Shown piece by piece: positions 24,516-37,630 of a stretch of DNA of 64,000 nt. Made by a program: the position numbers and the translations under genes. The stretch is from contig MCFH01000030.1 in NCBI GenBank assembly GCA_002104945.1, forward strand, positions 567,783-631,782, written 5' to 3'. Source of the DNA: Piromyces finnis finn (Eukaryota > Fungi > Neocallimastigomycota). Each line of letters begins with the position of its first letter. Positions within the stretch are counted from its first letter, which is position 1. Under the pieces are notes generated by a model. The model worked only from the letters and a program-made list of their open reading frames with translations. It was not told where the DNA came from and made no database searches.

Positions 24516-27500
24516 TTCTATATTTCTATTTTATTATTATTATTACTTCTTTAATTTATTATTTTTTTTTATTTTAATACTTTATCTCTTTTATTTTATG
24601 TATATATATAAAAGTATAATCAAACTATTATTAATTTTCTTTTTTATTTAATAATTTTTTTTTTCAAAAAAAAAAGATATTTATTTCTTTATATATGAAA
24701 AAATATAATTTTTTTTTTATTTTTATACATATTTTTATGGTGGGTGGGTGGGTGGTGATTTCAGAGTTTCATTTTTTTTTCTTTTTTCTATCCTCCCCAT
24801 CACAATATTAAAAAAAAAAAAAGTTTATTTTTTATATTTAATTGTAACATTAAAAATTTTAAAAAAAACAAGTAATATAAAACAATTTAAAAATAAAATT
24901 TAAATATATATTATCCATTCTAAAACAAATCAATATAAATATAATTATATTAAATATAATATATTAATTGCTATAGCATTACATTGCATTGTTCTAATTT
25001 AAAATCTTTTAAAATACTTTTATTTTCGGGTTTTTATTAACAACATAAATGAATTTATTATTTTATAATAAAGCTTAGATTAATATAATATTATAAAAGT
25101 TATTTTATACCTATTTTTTGAATTTTTTTTTTTATGATAGTTCAATGAAATATTATTAATTATACTTTTTAAAAAGTTCTGGATTTAATTTAATTTTAAC
25201 GCAAAGCGGTTAAGTTTTTTTTAATAAAAAATTAAAAAGTTTATTTAATAATAGATTTTTATATTTAAGAAAAAAATGAACTTTTTATTAAATTTAGTTG
25301 GATCACTTTTAAATTAAAATATAAACTAGAAAAATAGAGTCAATAAATTAAATAAATTAAAATTTAAAAAAAAAAAAAAGAATTCTAGAAATTATTTTTA
25401 AATCCTGATTAAAAATAGTAAAGTATGAAATGAAATAGAATTTGGTTTATTATTTTTAAATAGTAATCCAATTCTATTTTAAATATATAATTATTGATTT
25501 TATGTTTCTTTTAATTTTATAATATATTTTTTTTTTTAATGTAATGAGAATTTTTTTTTTCTTTTAGTGTAATATAGAAAAAATCAAAGTAGGTGATATC
25601 ACCAACAAAATTACTCTTTATATAACTTTACTAATTTATTTTATTGTTAAATTTTACACATTAATGTTTAATATATCTTTGAATTATTTTATTGGTTATT
25701 ACAATGAAATGATAAATAATACAATAAATTATTTCTTGGAAATTTTAATTTCAATTTTTGATTAATTTATTTTTATGTAATTCAAATCGAAAGATGATTC
25801 GTTTCTTTTTTGTATCCATTCATAAAGTTAAAAATTTAAGATTTTGAAATTCTTTAATTTATCTTTCAATAGTATATTAAATTTAAATTAATGATAAATT
25901 AAATAATATCATAATAATAATTAAAAAAAGATGGAAAATTAAAATATAATTTTTTAAATAGTTGATTTTAATAAAAAATAGTTTTATATATTAATTGATA
26001 GATCATACCTAAATAATAATTATTTTTACCTATCTCTATTATTGATTAATCTGGTTTTTATTTTTTTTTGTTATAATTATTATTATTAGGATTATAATGA
26101 TATTATATTACTTGAACCACTTCTATACTAATCAAAGAAAAATTGATGAAATTATTAAAAAATATTATTATTTATATAATATTTTATTTATATTATGAAA
26201 AAGCTGAAGGAAATAAGTTATAAATAATCAAAGAAAAATACTACTTAATAATTCTCAATCTATATTATATATATATATAATATTGATAACATTTGTAGTA
26301 TATTATGTATCCTATAACTACTACAAATTTTATTAATTATATTTCAAAAATAAAATGATTTCATTTATAATATAAATAAATATTAGCTGAGAGGGAATAT
26401 GGTGAAATGATAATATAAAAAAAGTATAATGGATTTAAAGGTCTCTTAAATGAATGCTTTTAAATTTTCAAGACCGATAAAAGTATAAATATGTCAATAA
26501 TAAAATTAAATAATACCTAAAAATTTTAATTTTAATTATTATTATTAATGATTATCATTTCATATAACATTGATTTTAATAATAAAGGTAATATGTCAAG
26601 TTAAAAGTAATCATGGAATGATAACTTTCTGTGTAATTATTTCAATAAAAAAAAAGTAAATTCTTAGGTTTAGGAGGTCCTTAAAAATAGAATTTTCATT
26701 GCTCTATAAAACTAAATAATATTATTATGTTAATAATAATGATAATAATTAATTTATTATTTTTCTTTAATAAAGATGATTCTCTACTACAAACACATTA
26801 AAATTTCTATAAAAAGATAATATTTATTTTTTTTATTCATTTTAATAGTTGAAAAGCATCATTTTTTTTTATAAATTTAAATAAAAAAAAATTTAATAAT
26901 TAATTATTAATTTTAACTATTATAAAAATTATTTACAGTTAACAGTCCTTTTTTTTTTTACTTTTACTTAAGAAAATATTTTAAACTTTTCTTTATTAAT
27001 CTTTTATTAGTTAATTTTTGAGAAAGTTAAAAAGATATCTAAATGATACTAATTTAGTTTTATTTTTATTTTTATTATAAGAAATCCTAATATAAAATTT
27101 AAAATGGGATACAATTAGGAATAATTCAAAATTAATTTCCATATATTTTTTCCATATATTTTATAAAATTATCCGAAACTTAAAATTTATTTCTCCTATT
27201 TGCTAAATAATTATACGTATACATTCATCATATGTATATAACTTAAATTTTTTTTTGTATTAAAAAGAAATAGGATAAAACCAATAAAAAAATAAAAATA
27301 TCATTATACCTATATACCTATAATAATGTATAATAATACCTAATATTATAATAATAATAATAATAATAATAATACATAATACATAATACCTAATATTATA
27401 ATAATAATAATAATACATAATACCTAATATTATAATAATAATAATAATACATAATAATAATTATTTTAAAATATTTTCAATAATTTTATTTATATTATTT

Positions 27501-29364
27501 TTATTTACTATATTTCAAAATGATAAAATAACTTTTATAAATCATTTTTTTTTAAATTAATAATTAAATAAAATATTTTTTTTCTTAAATATATAACCAA
27601 GTAATTAATACAAAAAAAAATAAATAATTACTTTTAAAAAAAACATAATTATAATTTATTCTAAAGATTATAAATATTATGATTTATATAAATTCATTTT
27701 AAATTTCTTATGGGAATATGAATATTATTAATAGGTCATAGTAAATTAAATTATTTTAAAATCAATATATATTCACTATACCATTTTTTTGGCATTTAAT
27801 TATTAATCATAAAGCTACTTTTAATACAAAAAGTAAATTAGAATAATAATAGTATTTTAATATTATTTTTATTATTATTAATGTTGATTCATTTTTTAAC
27901 TTTTTTTTTTTTTATTTTATACAATAGCAATAGTTTAATTATTAAAATTGTCCATCGTTTTTATATCATAATTGATTAATTTTATAATAGAATTATTCAT
28001 TTATTGATTAAATAAATTTTAATTTTTTTAAAAGTTTATATTTATTAATAATTAAAATTAATTGTTGTTTAAATTAAAATTTAAAATTAAATCTATTATT
28101 CTTAATAAAAAAGGTTTTTTTTAATATTTTAAATTGAATCTCGTGTAACAAATAATGCAGATCAATTATTATTAATTTGCTTTTTTTTTTAAATTATATT
28201 CCATTCAAGAACTTTAATTATTATTATTTGATATTTACTAAAAGGTTAAATAGTTATTTAGGAGGTTAAAATACTTATTTATATATTCATTCATTAAAAT
28301 AGGAATAGCTTTTATTGATTTATTTATAATTCCTATTATATTCATTTATTTTTATTTATTCTATGTATTTCTGTAATAACATAATAATTATTTCTAGTAG
28401 ATATCAATTATAATAAAAGAAATATTATGATATTTATTATATCAATATAATTTATAATAATTTATATTATTCTTATAGAATAATATACAATAACGTATTT
28501 GTAAAAAAAATAAACTTTTGGAATAATAATAAAAGATGAATAAAATGATAAGCATTCATAAATAACAATAAAAAATGGTGGAAATATTCTTTTAAATAAA
28601 TTAAAATTATTTGTTTAATTAAATTATTTTTAAAATAAACAATATAATCAATAGTTGATTATTTGTAAATAAATAAAAATACATCAATAACATTAAAACA
28701 AATATTATATTTAAATTATTAAATAAATTGTTAATGCATTAACATTTTAATAATAATTAATTATTGAAACTTTCCTCTTACAAACTCTTTTATGATTAAT
28801 ACCTTTTCTTTTTTAACAGACATTCTTAAAAAACAAGATTATTTTTTAAAAGCTAACTCTCTTTTTTTTTATTATTTATGATTTAGATTTAGGTTGCACA
28901 AAATAATGTAAAAAGTTTAATAATTATAATTTAACTATCTTTATTCATTATTTAAAAATTAATTTTTATGTGTAATTTTATGTGTAAAATTTATTTTAAT
29001 TAATTATTACCAATCTAGAACAATAACTTAATTTTTCAAAATTAATTTAATATTTCAAAATTATTAAAAATATCTTTTTAATTTAAAAAATATTAAATAA
29101 AGTTTATAAAATGAAGTTTTATTTTTTACTTTAAAAAAAATTATATATAAATACAAATAATATTTTTATTTTAAAAAAAATTTTTTTTATTTTTCTACTT
29201 TATAATAATAAAGTAGAAAATATTGTAATATAGAATAGAATAAATATATAAATAATAAAATTGTAAATAAAGAAACAACAAAAAAAAAAAAATAAATGTA
29301 AAATAGATAATAATAATAATAAAAAAATCTTGGAGAAACAATAATATATATACAAAATTTCAAT

Positions 29365-30897
29365 ATGCTAACAGTAGAAGAAATCAATTCTTTATCAAGT
29401 AGAGTAAACTACAATTATACATTAAATAATGAACGTAGTTATTTTATTGAAAATGGTCAAAATGCAACATTGTTTCAATGGTTAAAAAGTAAAGGAACAA
29501 GCTTTGATTGTTATATTCGTTTTTTGAATGAAACGAATACATCTGATGTAAAACTATTGAATGATAAAATAGATTTTGCTAGAACTATATTTTATGCATT
29601 TTTAAAACCATTTCAGTCTCAATTTTTTTATTGGACATTATTACTTCTTATTATGTATAAATTTAATACCAGAAGACCTATTATAAAACTCATTTTATAT
29701 CATTATACTTTCCGGTAATATATCTTTAATAACAATATTATATTTATTTAAAATTTGTAAATAAATAATAAATAAGCAATAGCAAAAAAAAAAAAAAAAA
29801 GATTATTTCTAATATATGTTTAAATATATTATTATAATAGGGCCATAGGGGATATTATTGAACAATTAGGAAAATTATTACCTTATTATCACTCAATGGG
29901 AAGTAATGGTAAATGCATTAGTACTTTATCATACACAGAACAACATCCTTTAAAATGGTTTCTTACTCGACAAATCAATAGCTTTTTTTGGTATACAGGT
30001 GAAATTATAGGAGATTGGTATCCATTACTTCGTACAAAAGCTGTCACAAGTAATAAGGGTGCATTAAAAATTTTGTATACAACATGTATAATTTATAATA
30101 TTTCAAAATTAACAGTACCAATATCTCAATTATTTGTATCACCTACAATGTTATATGTAAATGGTGAATATAATTGGGATTATGTCAATAAATATTACAA
30201 TTATTATTGGTGTCTTCAAGCTTTAATTATTTTTTCCACATTTGTTTATGAATTAGTGATTTATCTAATATTAAAAAAGGAACAATTTGATAAAACAAAT
30301 ACAGAATATGGTTTTTTAAAAAAATTTAGATTAATATCTGAATTTAGAATCATTATTTCTGCTGTTGTTGCTATAATTGCATTCCCATTTTTGTTTACTG
30401 TTTCTGCTATGAAAATTTACTTTTTTTACTCTGGTACGGAGAAAAGAGCAATTAATGTTTCCGTAGAGGATTTTAGAATTGTTGTTACTAATGTTCAATA
30501 CATGATTATTTTTATTGATCAAATTTTATTATTGAATTCTAAATTTGATGGTAGAAATATAATGAAATCAAATGGTAATAGTTCCTATTATTATAGTAGT
30601 GATGGTAATAAAACCTCTGGAGATTATCATAACTATTACACGGGTATACTTCATAGTCAGGATACAAATGTTGAAAAAATTGTTTTTAACCATAATATAG
30701 ATAACAAAGATAATAATAAAATCAATAAATTAAACAATGGAAACAATAATGAAATACCATTTCAAATGAATGATAATTATAATAATAACAAAATGAATAC
30801 TAATCTGGATCCATTACGTTATAATAAATATAATAATCGTTCAAGTTATCCAAGTTTTAATAGAATATCATATAATCCAAATCATTATCCTTATTAA
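29365..30897 (+). CDS. Orphan 7-transmembrane receptor-like protein, paralog of 23085-24515 (468 aa)
   Basis: Exons 29365-29714 and 29841-30897 join in frame (GT-AG). Motifs GDWYPLLRTKA, SEFRI, FIDQILL; Asn-rich tail. Confidence 0.82.
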
Positions 30898-31003
30898 TAA
30901 TGATAATTTTCAAAAATAAAAAATGAAAAAAAAAAAAACTCCATAAAAATCATAAACCTATATATATTCATAAAATCCAAAAAAAAAAAAAAAAAAATAT
31001 GTA

Positions 31004-31058
<55 letters not shown>

Positions 31059-31373
31059 TAAAATAAAATAAAACAAGGTTTAATTTATATTTTATTTTAT
31101 TTTCTATTATTAAAATATAATGTAAATATAAATATATCAAAAAAATAAAAATGATATAAAAAAAATTATAATAATGTAATCTATATTTTTTTATCATTAT
31201 CATCTATAATACATTCTTAAATAATTAATAAAAAAAAAAAATAGTAAAACAAGTATTGACTTTTTTTTTTGTATTATAATTTTTATTCGTTATTCGTGAT
31301 GATAGTAATTAACAATTTTCATTATCAGTTTTTTTTTTTTTTTTTTTTTTATTTTATTTTATTATTTTTATTT

Positions 31374-34282
31374 TTATTCTTTTTTTATTGTTGCGCTCTT
31401 TTTTTCTCTTTCTTCTTTTTTCTCATATTCTAATCTTTTCTTTTCTTTTTCATAAGCTTTCCTTCTATTCTCTTCAAATACTCCCAGGTATCTTCTACAT
31501 TTTAATTCTTTTGGAAAATATTCCTGTTCCACTGGTTCTTCATAATCTGGAACATATAAATTACTAATAAGGGCGTGGATAATAATGTATATATACATAA
31601 ATATATTTAACAAAATATAAAATAATTTAATAAAAATATAGAAATAAAAAAAGCATTACACTATATTCTGCAAAGTTTTAATTTTTATGTCATCTAAAAA
31701 AAATGATTAATAAATTACCCTACTCCATAGCCAAGTTGCCTCATTAATTCAGTTGGTGCATTTCTGTTTATTTTAAAAAATAAATATTAACATTTTTATC
31801 ACCATTCAATTTTTTTTTTTTATTATTATTATTATTACTATACTATTAAAGTTTTTAATTTTACCTTAAATGCATTGGCACGGGATAATTAATTTCTTCT
31901 TCCATAACTTCTTTTACCATACTTAAAGCTTTAAAAACTTCTACACTCTTTTTTGCCCTTGCCATATATACCGAAGTTTGTGCTAAAACAACGTCACATT
32001 CTGGCATACCAATAAATTGACATGTTTGATAACAACTAATGGCTAGATTAAGAGCATTATTATCTCCAAAACCAATATCTTCACTTGCAATCCTTATTAA
32101 TCTTCTTGCAATATATAAAGGATCCTGTGATGATTAGTTTTGTTTTAAAAGCTGTTAATATCCTACATTATTAAATATATATATAAATTATATTTCAAAT
32201 GATCATCTTTTATTAAATTTACTTCTCCAGCATATATCATTCTTCCTAACCAATATAGTGCTGCATCTGCATCATTACCTCTTATACTTTTTGTCAAAAA
32301 AAAAAAAAATAAAATAATATTAATAAAAAAAAATTTATATATAGTCTATTTAAATACATAATATTTTTATTATTTAATATATTTTAATACCTGTCATGAA
32401 ACGCACTAATTACATTATTATGCTCTATATATTTATTTATTAATAATAATAATATTATTAATTAGGTGTGTATAGGTATATTTATAATATTATTAATTTT
32501 TTTTTTTTTTGTCTCTTAAAAATAATTTAAGAGACTAAAACTTACCTTCGCCATCTCTGTCATAAAGTAATTGTGTTTTTTGGAATGACATTTTTATCAT
32601 ATCTTTTGTTATTTCATTTTTGGATTCATTTGATATAATATAATTTAATGTCATATCAACTATCTATTATTTTTTATTTTTATTTTTTTTATTTTTTTTT
32701 AATAAAAATATATTAATATTTCCTTTCTTTCTTTTTTTTTTTTTTTCTTAGTTTATTTTTTAATTATTGCTATTTTTACTTTTACTTTATAATTTATTTT
32801 TTTTTAAAAAAAAAATATATATATATATTTATTACATTTAGTGAATTTCTTGCATCTCCATCGGACAGAACAGCTAATAATTCCAATGTTTCTTTATCTA
32901 TATAAATATTATTTAAAGTTTTATTATCGTCTATTGTTATATGTTTTGTTTCTGAATCATTTTTAATTATTAAATTTAAATTGTAAATATCTAATTTAAT
33001 CTTTATAGCACGTTCGATAATGGACATAATTGCGTTTTTACTTAATTTTTTTAGTTGAAATACCCGACAACGACTTAATAAAGCAGAATTTAAATAAAAT
33101 GAGGGATTTTCAGTAGTGGCTCCAATCAAAGTATAGGACCCATGTTCAACCCACGATAGAAAAGAATCTTGTTGTAATTTATTAAATCTATGAATTTCAT
33201 CAATAAACAGTATTGCTTTTTTTCCTGTTAGTTTCAAATGGTTAGCACATTCTTCTGAAGCTTTTTTTAAATCGGATAATGAATGGATTGTGCCACTTAT
33301 TTCTTTTAAAAATGTATTATTTTGGTGTGCGATAATTCGTACCAAACAAGTTTTTCCTTTTTTTTTATTCATTTTTTTATTTTCATTTTTAATTATAAAA
33401 TAAATGGATTCAAAATGTATATGGTTTTATTATTTTATTAGTACAAATTAATTGATGATTAATAAATTAGTATTTATGATTTTATATTGGATATTAATTG
33501 ATTAAATATTAAATGATTTATTATAATGTTTTTTTTTTTTTTTTTATTTTTTTTACACTATTCTTGATATGTATTTTTTAATTCTATTTATATTTGATAA
33601 AATGTCTTTTCTTTATATAAAATATAATACAATGATAATTACCAACACCTGGTGGACCCCAAAATATTAGTGAAGGTACTTTATTTTTTATTATTAAATC
33701 TTTTAATATTGTATCATTTCCTATTAATTCTTCTTGACCAAAATAATCATCCAATGTTTTTGGCCTTGCTAATTCTGCCAATGGTAATTGTTCTTTTTTA
33801 TTTTTTTTAATAGGGCTAATTCTGTATTTTTCATCCATATAATTATTATTATCAAATTTCATTGAATAAGTTTTTTCATCAATTTTAATTTTTTTATTAG
33901 AATGGCAAGAAAGGTTATTGATATTATTTTTACTCTTATTATTATCCTCTATATTTTCATTGCTGTGATTGGAAAATGATTTGAAGTGTGATTCTGAATA
34001 ATTTGAAATGTTTTTATTTAAGGAATCTTCACTTTTTTTCCCATTTGATAGTTGACTGAAAAGTGTTACCTGAACCGTTTTTTTCTTTTCAGGAAAATTA
34101 GTACATAGATTCTTACTGTTTAAATTAAAAGTATTATCTTTATTTTTTTCATTTATTCCATCTTTTAAGGTATCATCCATTGGAACTATTTTGAATTGAC
34201 AATTACTATCTATATGTTCATTGATATCAGATATTACTACATATTTATTACATATTGGACATTTAACAATATTATTGCTCAT
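31374..34282 (-). CDS. MGS1: Mgs1/WRNIP1/RarA-family AAA+ ATPase with N-terminal UBZ zinc finger, multi-exon
   Basis: CPICN...INEHID..C (UBZ); PLAELARP, WGPPGVGKT (spliced 33643/33356), FIDEIHRFNKLQQD, GATTENPSF, LLSRC, DGDAR, YDRDGE, GEDPLYIARRL..IASEDIG, GMPEC, LGYG. Last splice junction is uncertain. Confidence 0.93.
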
Positions 34283-34588
34283 TTTCTCTTTACTTTATAA
34301 CATTATATAAAATAAAAATATATCATTATTATTATGTTTAATACTTTATTTTTTTTCAAAAATTTATCACCATTTTTATTATTATTATTATAAAAATCAT
34401 AATAATAATAATAATAGGATATTCTCAATAATAACTTAAGATTATCAAAAATTCATATATTGTTTATTTAATTTATGTGATGGTCAACATTTTATTAAAT
34501 ACTATTATTAATTTATTTAGTAATAATGTAATAATACTATTACAATATTATAGATAGACTTAATTATAATAAAAATTTAGTTTTTTGA

Positions 34589-34800
<212 letters not shown>

Positions 34801-36204
34801 TTTATTATGCTTATTATGTTTATTATTATTACTAAATATTCTAATTTTGATTTATTTAACAAATAATTAAATCCATACTTCTTATAAAAACAGTGTTTCA
34901 ATTTATTTATTTATTTTTTAAAATTTTGAATAGTAACAACTTCATATTTTTATTATTTATTTTTTTATATTAATAAAAATGCGGATATCAATCTATTTTA
35001 TACGAATATATAATAAATTAGTTTTTTTAAAAAAGAATGTAATTCTTTTTTCTGATTTCTTTTTTTATATAATAAACTAAGTTAATTATGAACGCTTTTA
35101 AATTAAATTTTTATGTTTTAGTTTTATAAATATTATACTACCATACTGATATTTTCTTAATTCTTTTTACATTATATTATTTTTTAAAATTACGTATTAA
35201 AAACATGTTACTTCTTTGATACAATGTCTTTTATTTGTACCGAAAAATAAAAATTTCTTATTTAAAAAATCTGGTAAAGGTTTGAATTTTTCTGGTTAGA
35301 AAGAGTGACATAAATTTTTATAAAGTCATCTAATTTTTTTTTTTTTTTTTGTATCGATTAAAAATGTTTAATATATTTTTGGATACATTTTTTATTATTA
35401 TTTAGGATGGAAGTATTATTTAATGTAAACTTTATTTACTAATAAAATCCAAATTAAATTTCATTTTATGTAATATTTTATGACTCCAAATCATTATAAT
35501 AATTAATTTGGAAAAATAATAACTTTAAATATAATAAAATAGATTAATTTTTAATTTTATTGGTTAAAATAATGATTTATATGAAATGCAGAAATTTTTA
35601 AATATTTCAATATTAAAAAAAAAAGTAGGATTTTTGAGGGTTTTTTTTTTTTTTTTTTAAAAAAAAAGAGGTTATATTAACTTTAACAAAGGTTTAAAAC
35701 TATAAGAAAATAGTTTTTTTCTACGACTTTTTAATATTATTTTTAAATAATACTACTACTAATAATAATTATAATTATTATTATTGAATTATTGAATTAT
35801 TATTAAATATTATATATATTATATATAAAATTGAAAAGTATAAAAAATATTTAATTCCTTATAAATTTAATTTTAATTATATTAATATAATATATTACAA
35901 TAAATTTAAAATATATAAGTTAATAATTCATAAATTCATATATTAATTTAAATAAATATTTAAATTTAAAAAAAAATTATATAAAGAGAAGTGTTAAGCA
36001 AAACATTTTCTTTTTTTTTAAACCAAAAATTTAAAAAAAAAAATAACATTATATATATAAATAATAATAATAATAATAATAATATTTTATATTTTTTTTA
36101 CAATAAAAAAATAAATTTAATAGAAGATAAACAATAGAATATAATATTACAATTTTTTTTATCAATAAAAATATATAAAATTAATTCAATAAAAAAGAAA
36201 CAAT

Positions 36205-37569
36205 ATGAAAGTAATTGCGTTTGTGATAAGTATTCTTTTTTTTAGCCAAGTAATGGCGTATTCAGGAGACTGTAAAGAAATATATGATTTCTTATACGGT
36301 AAATCTTCAGGAGAAGACTATGGTGAAGATTATAGTAAAGATCTTATTTCCTGTAATGTAGATGAAAATGGAAAAGTTACCGAAATGTAAATATTTAAAA
36401 TATATTTTTTTTTTTTTAAAAAAAAAAAAAAGGAAGTAATAATAATATTTATTATAATAATTTTATATTTTAATTTTATTTATTCAATTTTTCATTATTC
36501 TTTTTTTATAAATGATATGATATAAAAGATCTATGTATACGTATTGTTTAAATGAAACTGAACTCAATACCATTCTTTCATACAATACTATCACCTCTTT
36601 GTAAGCAATTTTATGTATAAATATAAATATAATATATAATATATTTTTGCTAATATTTATTTTAAATTTATTTTATAATAACAAAGGTATTTCGATGATA
36701 TACATCACTATCATTCTTCTGGTATGGATACTATAAGATCTTGTGGTTCAACAAAAGCTCTTCCAAGTGCATTATCTGATTTGAAAAACTTAGAATATTT
36801 GTAAATACTTTTCTTTTTTGTATTATTATGACAATTATAATTATAATAACCATTAATAAAATTAATTTTTTAAATGAATAATAGAAATCTTTTTGGCTAT
36901 TTTAGTTATAAAGAAAGTGATATTGCTAAGCTTCCAAAAAGTATTAAACATTTGTAAGTTTTTTTATAATTTATCGTTTTTATATATTGTTATATATTTT
37001 ATAATAATAATAATATATATATATTCTTTTAAATAGATCATTAGGTGATACTACATTTCCACAAGTTTCTATTAATGAAATTACTAACTTAACAAATCTT
37101 GAACAATTGTAAAAAAATATTTAATAATAGTATCGAATTTTATATACAAATATAAAAATAATATTATTTACCAAAATTATATATGATTCATTAGATCATT
37201 AATTGGTACCAAAATCCCATCCGACGCTGATGTTTCACCATTTAAAAATCTTAAAAATCTTAAAAAGCTGTAAGTTTTTAATTTATTATGAATAAATCCA
37301 GCATAATAATAGGTTTTATTTATATAATTTATGTATATAATTTATTTATTTATTTATATTTTATAATAGTTATGTTTCAAATAATGACAAAACCATGACC
37401 TATACTAGTGAATATTTAAATCCTTTCTTCATAAGTTATTTCCCAAATTTAAAACAATTGTAAGTAATACAATCTTAATTTTTTTTTTTAAAAAATTAAA
37501 ATATCAATACTAATTTAATTTTAATGATTTAAATCCAATTAATAATGCTATTACTATACTACCAATACA

Positions 37570-37630
<61 letters not shown>

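Noticed and set aside
25950-26760. Sel1/TPR-like fragments (YYEKAEGN, LAEREYGE, FLGLGG)
   Set aside because: Too short and stop-ridden to separate from chance without a translated search.
27301-27460. Repeated ATAATACCTAATATTAT units as a CRISPR-like array
   Set aside because: Spacers are (AAT)n microsatellite; simple-sequence expansion in a eukaryote.
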